A DNA stretch of 40,314 nucleotides from Dehalococcoidia bacterium. GTDB lineage: Bacteria > Chloroflexota > Dehalococcoidia > Lucifugimonadales > UBA3495. The stretch lies in contig JAJEDS010000214.1 in NCBI GenBank assembly GCA_022821365.1, positions 1-40,314 of the forward strand. The letters run 5' to 3'. Every line of letters starts with the position of its first letter. Positions within the stretch are counted from its first letter, which is position 1. The position numbers and the translations under genes were made by a program. Positions 9,511 to 18,472 of this stretch are shown piece by piece. The notes beneath the pieces were generated by a model. The model searched no databases. It was not told the origin of the DNA and was given only the letters and a program-made list of their open reading frames with translations.

Positions 9511-10302
9511 ATGCCGGACGACTTGGTAATTGGGGGCAAACACTTCAATTCCCGACTCATTGTGGGTACCGGTCGATACCGCACCAACGAGGAAATGGTT
9601 GAAGCCATCGAGGCTTCTGGCACGGAGATGGTTACCGTCGCCATTCGCCGCCTCAACCTCGACGACCCCACCCAGAAGACCATCTTGGACTACATCGACT
9701 GGTCCAGGTATAACATTCTGCCGAATACGGCCGGCTGCGCCACAGTGGAAGAGGCTATGTTTGTCGCAAGGCTGGGCCGCGAGGTCGCCAAAACCGACTT
9801 CGTCAAGCTGGAAGTCATCCCCGATCCCAAGTACCTGTTCCCCGACCCGGTTGGCACCCTGGAGGCGGCGCGGCAGCTGGTTCAGGAAGGCTTCATCGTC
9901 CTTCCCTACATCCACGCCGACCCCGTCCTGGCCCACCGGCTGGAGGATGTCGGTTGCGCCACGGTTATGCCCCTGGGCTCGGCCATCGGCTCCGGCCAGG
10001 GCATCCACACCGTCGAAGAGGTGCGCATCATCATCGAACAGGCCAAAGTACCGGTGGTGGTCGACGCTGGCCTGGCCGTCCCCTCCGACGCTTCCAAGGC
10101 CCTGGAAATGGGCGCTTCCGCGGTGCTGGTGAACACCGCCATCGCCCAGGCCGAAAACCCCGCGCAAATGGCCGAGGCCTTCAAGCTGGGCGTAGAGGGC
10201 GGACGAAAAGCCTACCTGGCCGGCCGAATCCCCACCCGGGCCTATGCTTCGGCCAGCAGCCCCACCGACGAGGTCCCGCAACCGGTAACGGCAGGCAGCT
10301 AG
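9511..10302 (+). CDS. thiG: Thiazole synthase
   Basis: [48 protein letters not shown]; GGAAGGAG RBS; TPP riboswitch upstream. Confidence 0.96.
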   Translation: MPDDLVIGGKHFNSRLIVGTGRYRTNEEMVEAIEASGTEMVTVAIRRLNLDDPTQKTILDYIDWSRYNILPNTAGCATVEEAMFVARLGREVAKTDFVKLEVIPDPKYLFPDPVGTLEAARQLVQEGFIVLPYIHADPVLAHRLEDVGCATVMPLGSAIGSGQGIHTVEEVRIIIEQAKVPVVVDAGLAVPSDASKALEMGASAVLVNTAIAQAENPAQMAEAFKLGVEGGRKAYLAGRIPTRAYASASSPTDEVPQPVTAGS

Positions 10303-10306
10303 CGCC

Positions 10307-10957
10307 TTGGCTATTGCCCTGCCCGACCCCAGCCTCTGCCTGGTAACCGACCGCCACGTAGGGGACGAGTCCACCCTGGTCGAGCGGGTCGCACAGGCCG
10401 TGGCTGGAGGTGTTGACCTGGTCCAGTTGCGGGAAAAGGACCTGCACGGCGCGCAACTGCTGGACCTGGCAACCCGATTACGCCAGGCCATTGGTGACCG
10501 GGCGCTGTTGGTAATAAACGAACGGGTGGACGTGGCCGCCGCCCTGCCCGCCGACGGTGCCCAACTGGGGGAAGACGCAGTTCCGGTTTCGGCGGCCCGG
10601 AGCATCCTGGGGCCGGACAGGCTGATCGGCCGTTCCGTCCACTCAGTTGAAGGCGCGGAACGGGCCGTCCACGAAGGCGCAGATTTCCTGGTAGTGGGCA
10701 CAATGTTCCCCAGCCGGTCCCACCCGGGCGAGGAACCGGCCGGGCCCCGGTTGGTTGCACAGATAATCAAGAGCTGCTCACTGCCCGCCATTGGTATCGG
10801 CGGAATAACGTCGGAAAATTGCAGCCAGGTAATCGGCGCCGGCGCGATGGGTGTCGCCGTGATTACGGGCATCCTGGCCTCCCCCGACCCGGAAAAGGCC
10901 GCCCGACGGCTGAAGGAAGCGCTGGTGGCGGCCCGGGAAAAGCAGTCCTCGACATAA
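10307..10957 (+). CDS. thiE: Thiamine-phosphate synthase
   Basis: VQLREK, VINERVDVA, IGRSVHS, F.SRSHP, IGIGGI, GVAVI; TTG start directly after thiG. Confidence 0.9.
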   Translation: MAIALPDPSLCLVTDRHVGDESTLVERVAQAVAGGVDLVQLREKDLHGAQLLDLATRLRQAIGDRALLVINERVDVAAALPADGAQLGEDAVPVSAARSILGPDRLIGRSVHSVEGAERAVHEGADFLVVGTMFPSRSHPGEEPAGPRLVAQIIKSCSLPAIGIGGITSENCSQVIGAGAMGVAVITGILASPDPEKAARRLKEALVAAREKQSST

Positions 10958-10984
10958 ATTAGACCCTGTTGAAACGAGGCGAAT

Positions 10985-11197
10985 ATGCCTGAAATGATTA
11001 ACCTGATGGTTAACGGCAAGACCAGGGAGGTGGAGGAAGCCACCAATCTGGAAACCTACCTGACCGCCTTCGGGCTGGACCTCCAATTTGTGGCCGTGGG
11101 CTACAACGGCGAGGTAATCAAGAAGGAGTCCTTCGCCCAGGTAACCCTGAGGAACGGGGACACCCTGGAAATTGTGCGCCCGGTGGGCGGCGGATGA
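10985..11197 (+). CDS. thiS: Sulfur carrier protein ThiS
   Basis: 70 aa, VNG...VAVGYNGEVI...GDTLEIVRPVGGG with C-terminal Gly-Gly. Confidence 0.93.
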   Translation: MPEMINLMVNGKTREVEEATNLETYLTAFGLDLQFVAVGYNGEVIKKESFAQVTLRNGDTLEIVRPVGGG

Positions 11198-11430
11198 CCC
11201 AGCCCACTGAAAGCCTGGACGCCCTGCTGGTTGGAGTAATCAAGGACAACCGGGACAAGGTGGTGGGCTGGATAAACGAGGAACCCGGTAGCTGGGGCTT
11301 CCTGGCCGGCAGGGCCGTGCTGGCCTGCAAGGAACAAAAGGGAGCGCCCTTAACTGACCCGGAGCGCCGAATAGTCTGGCACCGTATGTGGGAACTGTTG
11401 ACCGTGCTGAGGGACCAAACAATCAAATAG
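11194..11430 (+). CDS. Small hypothetical protein (GatB/YqeY tail-like)
   Basis: 78 aa, ATGA overlap with the thiS stop, followed by a strong hairpin; sequence resembles the GatB C-terminal helical tail by eye. Confidence 0.7.
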   Translation: MTQPTESLDALLVGVIKDNRDKVVGWINEEPGSWGFLAGRAVLACKEQKGAPLTDPERRIVWHRMWELLTVLRDQTIK

Positions 11431-11460
11431 CTGACTACCAAGACTTCCGGCACACACAAC

Positions 11461-11497
11461 AGGAGGGGCGATACCGGCATCGCCCCTCTTCATTTTC
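11461..11497 (+). terminator. Terminator-like hairpin ending the thi operon
   Basis: GAGGGGCGAT/ATCGCCCCTC stem followed by TTCATTTT. Confidence 0.6.
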
Positions 11498-11525
11498 AGG
11501 ACATCCCCGACAGGGGAGGTGAATC

Positions 11526-12713
11526 GTGGAGACTCCAACTGCAACCAGAATCTGGCACGACCTGCATTACCGCCATACCGAGCCGGCCACCCACCCGAAA
11601 CTGTGGCGGCCCTTCATTGAGATCGACCCTTTCAATCCTCAGAACCGCGTGGCCGGCCACATCCAGTTCATCGGAGGCGACGAATACGGCGCGCTGGCAA
11701 TCTCCCACGTCAACGACCGGCCCGTCCCCCAGTTCATCAAGGTTACGCCCAAGGCGGCCTATCCCTTCCACAAGGACGGTTCCTGGGTGCTTCGCGGCGC
11801 GCAGGAGGTATCCTCCTTCGAGAAGATTGACGGCACCAACATCTGCCAGTACGGCTACCGGGACGCGGACGGCCGGCCCTTCACAACCTTCAAGCTGCGC
11901 ACCCGCCCTTTTATGTCGCCCCACTTCTTGAACCTGCTGGAACGCGCCCTCGCCGACTACCCCGCTGTCCGCGCTCACAATCTGAATCCCGGCGAGGCTG
12001 CGGCCTACGAACTGTTCGGATTCGAGAACCGTATGCTCATCCGCTACAACGTTGCCATCGGTCTGGCGCTGCTGTTCGGCAGAAATAAGGAGGGGGAACT
12101 GGTGGCGCCCCACGGGGCTGCCGGTATCTTCGAGGGACTGGACTGCCCGGTGGCAGACCGCCGTCCCATCGACTTGAAGGGGGACCTGGAGGGTGAATAC
12201 CGGGAACGGCAGCAGGACATCAGTTCCCGCCTGGTCCGCCTGGACGATGAGTATTTCGACGGCGAAGAGGGCGAGATGCTATACGTCCGGTTTGCCGACG
12301 GGTCGCGGGAGCAGCCGGGCGGCTTCACCCGCCTGATCAAGCTCAAACCGCCGGAAATCGAGGAAATTCACTGGGCCCTTGACCACGTTCCCCGGGAGGA
12401 GGCCGCCGCCGTGGCCCGCAACGTGTTTGAGGTCTCCGATACGCCGGAACTGGCCGATATGGTGCAGTTGCTCTCCGAGGAGTGGAGCGATGACCAGATT
12501 TCCCGTTCCCTCGACACCATCGAGCGAGTCCTGCAGGAGGCCGTCGAAAGGCGGGCCTTCCAGGAACAGGTGCTGGGCGTCTATGCCCAACTTCATGGCC
12601 CGGACGACTTTCGCCTGGACCGCCCCGCTGTCATGCGTTCCATGAGCCGGCGTTTCGCCAGGTCCCAGATGTCCAAGATTTACACCGTGCTGGTGGAACG
12701 GGGCTACGGCTGA
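11526..12713 (+). CDS. Putative ATP-dependent RNA ligase-like nucleotidyltransferase
   Basis: Motif I FEKIDGTN, motif III AAYELFG, motif IV GEEGEML, motif V LIKLK in the correct order; GTG start with GGAGGT RBS. Confidence 0.68.
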   Translation: METPTATRIWHDLHYRHTEPATHPKLWRPFIEIDPFNPQNRVAGHIQFIGGDEYGALAISHVNDRPVPQFIKVTPKAAYPFHKDGSWVLRGAQEVSSFEKIDGTNICQYGYRDADGRPFTTFKLRTRPFMSPHFLNLLERALADYPAVRAHNLNPGEAAAYELFGFENRMLIRYNVAIGLALLFGRNKEGELVAPHGAAGIFEGLDCPVADRRPIDLKGDLEGEYRERQQDISSRLVRLDDEYFDGEEGEMLYVRFADGSREQPGGFTRLIKLKPPEIEEIHWALDHVPREEAAAVARNVFEVSDTPELADMVQLLSEEWSDDQISRSLDTIERVLQEAVERRAFQEQVLGVYAQLHGPDDFRLDRPAVMRSMSRRFARSQMSKIYTVLVERGYG

Positions 12714-12736
12714 CCCGGCCGCCCCGTATATTCTTT

Positions 12737-12816
12737 CCAAGAATAGGCACGAATGCTCACGAATGAGTTTACCTTGGGCGTAATTCTCATTAGCGGACAT
12801 TCGCGCCCATTCGTGG
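12737..12816. repeat. REP-like imperfect inverted repeat between convergent genes
   Basis: CCAAGAATAGGCACGAATGCTCACGAATGAG pairs imperfectly with CTCATTAGCGGACATTCGCGCCCATTCGTGG; the second arm recurs at 13601-13629. Confidence 0.65.
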
Positions 12817-12841
12817 ACCAAGTTTCCTGGCGCCAGGTCGG

Positions 12842-13228
12842 CTAGTCCCTCTGCAGCAACTCTATGCGCACGTCGTCCGGCGCGCGCACGAAGGCCACGT
12901 GAACCCCGGGCCGGATTGTGCGAGGCTCCCGGGCCATATCCGCTCCCCGGCGCTTCAGTTCCGCCACCGTTTCCTCCAGGTTGTCGACGCGAAAGCCAAA
13001 GTGGTCCAGGCCCAGGTGCGGGTCCCGCGGACTGCCGGCCATGTCCTCATCCTCAGGCACCGCGGCAATGAACACCATCAACCCGTCAATGTCCAGGTCC
13101 ATGCGCTCGAACCCGTCAGACTGCACCGATTTGATAACCCGGGCATCGAACATTTTCTCAAAATACTCGGCCATCTCATCGGGCTTCTTGGTCCGCAGGT
13201 GAATGTGATCATACGTGTACTTTGGCAT
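12842..13228 (-). CDS. VOC (glyoxalase/bleomycin resistance) family protein
   Basis: DHIHL, GLDHFGFRV, AFVRAPDDVRIELLQ; 128 aa; GGAGG RBS. Confidence 0.85.
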   Translation of the reverse strand: MPKYTYDHIHLRTKKPDEMAEYFEKMFDARVIKSVQSDGFERMDLDIDGLMVFIAAVPEDEDMAGSPRDPHLGLDHFGFRVDNLEETVAELKRRGADMAREPRTIRPGVHVAFVRAPDDVRIELLQRD

Positions 13229-13461
13229 CTAAGTACCTCCCCCGTTCTCAAGCTGTGAGGCCAAAGTAGGGTGGGCAAGGGTGTTTGTCAAGACAATCGG
13301 AGCGTCCTTCATCTTTCAGTCCATGCTCCAGGAGACCACCTCGACATGACGCTCCCCCTATTGCCAGCCTGCATAACACCCCGCCAACATAAAACCATGC
13401 CCACACCGAAACTCCACCCCCATAGGGGCGCACGGCCGAGCGCCCCGCCCAACGGCAAACC

Positions 13462-13603
13462 CCCAAAATGGGCCAAAATGGAACCAAATGGAACGATTAT
13501 TCAAAAATTTCCCATCTTCGTGCCCCTTTGTGCCCTTCGTGGATAAATCTCCCAAAATGGGCCAAAATGGAACCAAATGGAACGATTATTCAAAAATTCC
13601 CAT
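13462..13603. repeat. Two 53-54 bp direct repeats with 10-bp internal periodicity
   Basis: CCCAAAATGGGCCAAAATGGAACCAAATGGAACGATTATTCAAAAATT(T)CCCAT at 13462-13515 and 13551-13603, separated by 35 nt. Confidence 0.9.
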
Positions 13604-13750
13604 TAGCGAACATTCGTGCCTGTTCGTGGAAAAATCAACAAGACGCGATTGCCTTGCATCAAGCCGGCGCATATTGAACTAACTCCCGCATTTCCCGCTA
13701 TAATATGCCCCAACGCTACCCCCATCCCAATCCCTATTCCTGGAGGATTC

Positions 13751-15322
13751 ATGAAGTACGACGTGATAATCGTCGGCGGCGGCGCTGCCGGCTCGGTACT
13801 GGCCAGCCGTCTTGTTGAAGACCCCGGCACTTCCGTCCTGGTGCTGGAAGCCGGCAAGGACTATCCCGACCCCGACACCCTGCCCGACGAGATCAAGTTC
13901 GGCGGAACCAGGTTCGCCGAGTCTCCCGACTCGGAACACAACTGGGCCCTGCGCGGCACCATCACCGAGGAGCAGGGCGAAATCCACGTGGCCCAGGGAA
14001 AGGTCATTGGCGGCGGTTCTTCCATTAATGGCCAGGCCATGCAGCGGGCCCTGCCCGAGGACTTCGACAACTGGTCCGCCTGGGGAAACACCGACTGGTC
14101 CTACGAAAAGGTTCTTCCCTTCTTCCGCAAGATGGAGCGGGACCTGGACATCCAGGATGACTTTCACGGCACCGACGGACCCATTCCTGTGCGCCGGCGG
14201 CAGTCTACTCCCTCCCCCATCCAGAAGGCCTTCTATGACGCCTGCCTTGCCGAAGGTTACTCCTTCGTGGAGGACACCAACGGCGCCAACCCAACCGGCG
14301 TGGGCATCGCTCCCACCAACAACCTTGGCGGCGTCCGCATGAGTTCCGCCCTGGCCCACCTCAGTCCCCTGCGCCACCGCCTCAACCTTACGGTCCGCGG
14401 GGAAGTGTATGTTCAGAAAGTCTTGTTCGAGGGCCGCAAGGCCGTTGGCGTGGAGGCCGCAAGCGGCGGCGAGACCTTCCAGGTATTTGCGGACCGCGTG
14501 GTATTGTGTTCCGGAGCTATCAGGTCTCCCCAGTTGCTGATGCTCTCCGGCATCGGGCCCAGGGAGCAGCTTGAGGAGTTCGGCATTCCCGTCCTGCAGG
14601 AATCCCCCGGCGTGGGCCAGAGCCTCTGGAACCACCTGAGCGCCCACATCAACTACAAGGTCAAGAACGGGGTCAGCATGGAACCCAACCTGGACGGCGC
14701 CCATTACTCCCTCCACTACACCGCCGATGGTTCGGACGAGACCAACGACATGCTGCTCCGCACCAACACCGTGGTGGACGAGCGCGAGGAGCGGGTTCGC
14801 GGCGTCCGCACCCGTTACCATACCGGCGACGTGCCCCCGGAACAGTCCGCCCGTATGTCTTGCACCCTGGGCCTGCCCAAGGGCAGTGGCTTTGTCCGCC
14901 TGGCCTCGGCAGACCCCAGTGTCCAGCCCACTTTCAACTACCGCTACCTGCACAACCCTGAGGACATGCGCCGGGTACGGGACGGCATTCGCATGGGGGC
15001 CAGGCTCCTGGAGACCGAAGCCTACAACGATGTCTATGACTACCGCATCACCCCTACTGACGAGGAACTGAACAACGACGACGCCCTGGACCTCTACATC
15101 CGCAAGACCGTGGGCACCGCCCGCCACGTTTCCGGCACCTGCAAGATGGGTCCGGACAGCGACCCCATGGCGGTGGTGGACCAGCACTGCCGGGTGAAGG
15201 GCGTGGAGAACCTGTGGGTAGCCGACGCCTCGGTTGTGCCTCAGATCCCCCGGTCCGGCGGTCTTCACCCCACCGCGCTGATGATTGGCGAACGCGTGGT
15301 GGAGTGGGTCGCGGCGGGTTAG
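13751..15322 (+). CDS. GMC family FAD oxidoreductase (choline dehydrogenase/MftG-like), paralog 1
   Basis: IIVGGGAAG, GKVIGGGSSING, SPQLLMLSGIG, HVSGTCKMG, VADASV; ATG 13751 after GGAGG. Confidence 0.9.
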   Translation: MKYDVIIVGGGAAGSVLASRLVEDPGTSVLVLEAGKDYPDPDTLPDEIKFGGTRFAESPDSEHNWALRGTITEEQGEIHVAQGKVIGGGSSINGQAMQRALPEDFDNWSAWGNTDWSYEKVLPFFRKMERDLDIQDDFHGTDGPIPVRRRQSTPSPIQKAFYDACLAEGYSFVEDTNGANPTGVGIAPTNNLGGVRMSSALAHLSPLRHRLNLTVRGEVYVQKVLFEGRKAVGVEAASGGETFQVFADRVVLCSGAIRSPQLLMLSGIGPREQLEEFGIPVLQESPGVGQSLWNHLSAHINYKVKNGVSMEPNLDGAHYSLHYTADGSDETNDMLLRTNTVVDEREERVRGVRTRYHTGDVPPEQSARMSCTLGLPKGSGFVRLASADPSVQPTFNYRYLHNPEDMRRVRDGIRMGARLLETEAYNDVYDYRITPTDEELNNDDALDLYIRKTVGTARHVSGTCKMGPDSDPMAVVDQHCRVKGVENLWVADASVVPQIPRSGGLHPTALMIGERVVEWVAAG

Positions 15323-15362
15323 ATCAGTCCTCTCCATGCTCAATCGCGTATGCCAGAGGATT

Positions 15363-15397
15363 CGCGCCCGCTCAACTGGTTGAACGGGCGCGCTTTT
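15363..15397 (+). terminator. Rho-independent terminator after GMC gene
   Basis: GCGCCCG/CGGGCGC stem followed by GCTTTT. Confidence 0.55.
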
Positions 15398-15442
15398 CCC
15401 TGGACGGTAACTCCGGGCCTGGCCGGCAGATCGAGAATGTAA

Positions 15443-16411
15443 TCAGGCTGGTTCCTGAATAGGATAGTCGAAGTAGGCTTCCGTAATGAGGAAATGCAGC
15501 TCGTCGGCGCCCCCGGAGATATCTCGGAGCAGGGCAACCCGCTCCTCCTCGTCGGGCCATTCGTAGTTGATCATGGAGGACAGGCGGCCTACCAGCCGTT
15601 GCAGGGCTCGGCCGGAACGGGAGTAGGGGCCGCTGCCTATGGAGGCAATCTCTGACCCTATCAACCCCACGGATCGGCCAAGGGACTCAGGCAGCAGCGG
15701 GTCGCTGACCAACAGGTCCATCACCCGGTCGGGGAGCACAGCTACGGTGTAGGCGTGGTTGTACACTTCCAGCGCATAGAACACCCGCAGCAGCGAAGTC
15801 CAGTCCTCTTCGTGGAACTCCTGCTGGGAACTGGCGATGGCGGTGTCAATCTGGGACAACAGCAATGTCGCCGCACCCTGAGCCCGCTCCACCAGCCTGC
15901 CCAACTGCAGGAAGCTCCACCGGTCGTCGTGATACATGGTGCATTCAGCCAGACCGCCAAAGGTCTCGATATCGGTTACCAGCTCCTGGTAAAAGGCCCT
16001 GGGCTCCCATCGCCATACCGAGGCCATGTTCTGCTGCTGCAGCCGCAGGTAGCTCGCGTTAAGGCAAGTCCAGACTTCCGGGCTGATACAGTGGCGGGTA
16101 TGGCGGGCATTCTCTCTGCCCTGAGCGAAACAGCTGTAGACCGAACTGGGATTGGTGCGCTCAAAAGTCATGTCATCCGCCAGGGCAAAGGAGTCGGCCA
16201 GCACATACTCTTCATCGCCGAACAGCTGTATTTCACCGCCCGGCGGATCGCGCTGCACGTACTTGTATATCCGGTTCCAACCGAAGTGGATTTCACGCAC
16301 AGGCCGGTCCACCAGCGATTCCGATTGCAGCTGAAGCAAACGGCACAGGTTGCCGGCCCGCTCCAGGTATCGTCCCAGCCAGTAAAGGCTTTGTGCGCTG
16401 CGGGAAAGCAT
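15443..16411 (-). CDS. Alpha-E domain protein (DUF403)
   Basis: MLSRSAQSLYWLGRYLERA, ARENAR-like GRENARHTR, second ER motif FLQLGRLVERA; downstream of the ATP-grasp gene. Confidence 0.9.
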   Translation of the reverse strand: MLSRSAQSLYWLGRYLERAGNLCRLLQLQSESLVDRPVREIHFGWNRIYKYVQRDPPGGEIQLFGDEEYVLADSFALADDMTFERTNPSSVYSCFAQGRENARHTRHCISPEVWTCLNASYLRLQQQNMASVWRWEPRAFYQELVTDIETFGGLAECTMYHDDRWSFLQLGRLVERAQGAATLLLSQIDTAIASSQQEFHEEDWTSLLRVFYALEVYNHAYTVAVLPDRVMDLLVSDPLLPESLGRSVGLIGSEIASIGSGPYSRSGRALQRLVGRLSSMINYEWPDEEERVALLRDISGGADELHFLITEAYFDYPIQEPA

Positions 16412-16577
16412 TACATCCTCCGGGCATTATCTGCGTGTGTCCTGCCTAAGGCCGTGATTCCTACAACTTGGTCGCTTCTCCCTGAACAGGGGGACGTTCG
16501 GGACCGGAGCGATAGCGGGCAGTTCATTCGCCCGCACACTAAACAACTGTCGTGCCAGGTCTTGCGAGTGTGTCTTA

Positions 16578-16688
16578 GTATCTATCTCAAAACTGGTGCT
16601 TTGCACGTTAACAGGTTCTCGCGGCAACCTGTTCACCCCCACCCTGGCCCTCCCCGGTCAAAGTGGAGGGGACTTTTGAGATGGTTTC
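16578..16688. mobile_element. Miniature IS-ended element with REP hairpins
   Basis: Ends GTATCTATCTCAAAA and TTTTGAGATGGTTTC form a 12/15 inverted match, flanked by TTA on both sides; internal hairpins AACAGGTT..AACCTGTT and CCCTCC..GGAGGG. Confidence 0.5.
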
Positions 16689-18200
16689 TTAGTCCTCCGC
16701 CAGCACCCAGACGTCCTTGCCCCCGCCACCCTGGCTGGAGTTCACCACCAGGCTGCCCCTCCGCAGGGCAACCCGGCAAAAGGCACCCGGCACGATACGG
16801 GTCTGCAGCCCGTTCAAAATGAACGGTCTCAGGTCAACGTGGCGAGGTTCAAAGTTCCCCTCGATGAGGCATGGCGCCCGGGAAAAGGATTGTACCGGCT
16901 GAGCAATGAAGTCGGCGGGGTTCGCCCGCACGGCCTTGGCATACTCGTCGCGCTCTTCTTGAGTAGCATGAGGACCAATTATCATCCCGTACCCGCCGGA
17001 CTCCCCTACCCTCTTGACCACCAGTTCAGCCAGGTTGTCCAGCGTGAACTCCAGGTCCTCCGGTCTGCGGCACAGGTAGGTTTCCACGTTCTTCAGTATG
17101 GCTTCCTGGCCCAGGTAATACCGGATCATGTCCGGAACGTACACGTAAACGCTCTTGTCATCCGCCACGCCGGTACCCGGGGCGTTGGCCAGGGTCACGT
17201 TACCCGCGCGAGCCGCTTCGATGATTCCGGCCGCGCCCAGGAGCGAGTCCCGCCGGAAGACCTGCGGGTCCAGGAAGTCGTCGTCAATCCGCCGGTAGAT
17301 TACGTCTACCTGTCTCAGGCCCTCGGTGGTCCTCATGTACACCACCCGGTCCCGCACCACCAGGTCGCTCCCCTCAACCAGTTCCGCGCCAATCTCCCGC
17401 GCAAGGAACATGTGCTCGTAATATGCCGAGTTGTAAACACCCGGCGTCATAAGGGCCAGGGCGGGATCCGGTTTGCCGTTGGGAGACAGTTCACGGAGTG
17501 TAGCCTGCAAGGCCGCGCCGTACTGCTCCACCTCCTGCACCCGGGAGCTGCGGTACAAGCGGGGCAGGCTGGCCTTGGCCGCCTTACGGTTGGCTATCAT
17601 GTAGGAGACCCCGGAAGGCACCCTCAGGTTGTCTTCCAGGATACGAAACTCATCGTCGACCCTTATGACATCTGTGCCGCACACGGCCACCCAGCTGCCA
17701 TAGGGCTGCCTGAAGTCGCGCATTTCAGGACGGAACTGAGGACACTCCAGGATCATATCCGGCGGTATAACTCCGTCACTGATGATGCGGGCCGGCCCGT
17801 AAATGTCCTCCAGGAAGTTGTTGAGGGCCCTGACCCGCTGTTCCAGCCCCCGGGACAGAGTGTACCAGTCGGAAGCGGTGATTATCCGTGGTATGGGATC
17901 TACGGGAATGATCCTCTCTTCCGCCTCAGCATCACCGTAAACGGTGAAGGATATGCTCTCGTTGGAGAAAGTACGGTTCACCCGTCCCTGTATCGTGGCC
18001 AGTTCATTGGAGGAAAGTTCGGCCAGCGTATCGTGCAGGATTTGAGCGTGGGGGCGCGGCTCACCCCCGGGCAGGAACATTTCATCGTAAATGGATGGGT
18101 CGAGAATGTAATTGTCAAAGTTCACTGCGCCAGGGCCGCCTTCTGAGTAATCAAGTGTATCCGCTTCCACCGTACCCAAAATCCTTTGGCAATATACCAT
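16689..18200 (-). CDS. Circularly permuted type 2 ATP-grasp protein (DUF404/DUF407)
   Basis: YDEMF, LEDNLRVPSGVSY, TPGVYNSAYYEH, VDVIYRRIDDDFLDP, GTGVADDK, PRHVDLRPF, VVNSSQGGGGKDVWV. True start may be the GTG near 18125. Confidence 0.92.
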   Translation of the reverse strand: MVYCQRILGTVEADTLDYSEGGPGAVNFDNYILDPSIYDEMFLPGGEPRPHAQILHDTLAELSSNELATIQGRVNRTFSNESISFTVYGDAEAEERIIPVDPIPRIITASDWYTLSRGLEQRVRALNNFLEDIYGPARIISDGVIPPDMILECPQFRPEMRDFRQPYGSWVAVCGTDVIRVDDEFRILEDNLRVPSGVSYMIANRKAAKASLPRLYRSSRVQEVEQYGAALQATLRELSPNGKPDPALALMTPGVYNSAYYEHMFLAREIGAELVEGSDLVVRDRVVYMRTTEGLRQVDVIYRRIDDDFLDPQVFRRDSLLGAAGIIEAARAGNVTLANAPGTGVADDKSVYVYVPDMIRYYLGQEAILKNVETYLCRRPEDLEFTLDNLAELVVKRVGESGGYGMIIGPHATQEERDEYAKAVRANPADFIAQPVQSFSRAPCLIEGNFEPRHVDLRPFILNGLQTRIVPGAFCRVALRRGSLVVNSSQGGGGKDVWVLAED

Positions 18201-18472
18201 CAGCTTCTAACCATATCAACGAAAGCGTTTACGCCCGGAAACTACGCGCCGGCCCGAGGTATACTCTTAAGACAGTCATCCGGCCTTGCTGGGGGAACCC
18301 GTTACCCGCATTAAACGGTATCATTTTCTATTACTGTTAAAGGAAAATGGAACGTTGTTCCTGTTGGCGAATAATCACCCTGTTCATTCCTTGTTTTCAG
18401 TCGATTATGGATTCAATTAGATGACTTAAAATGATACTTTCGTAGAGTGAAGCCTTATGTAAATCAAATACA

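Noticed and set aside
13462-13603. Possible mini CRISPR array (two repeats, 35-nt spacer)
   Set aside because: There are only two units, the repeat is 53-54 bp and internally periodic, the spacer is itself a REP-like arm, and no cas genes are in the window.
16427-16642. 71-aa ORF between ATP-grasp and alpha-E as a possible peptide substrate
   Set aside because: It starts inside the REP/MITE sequence and has no precursor-like features, so it is probably incidental.
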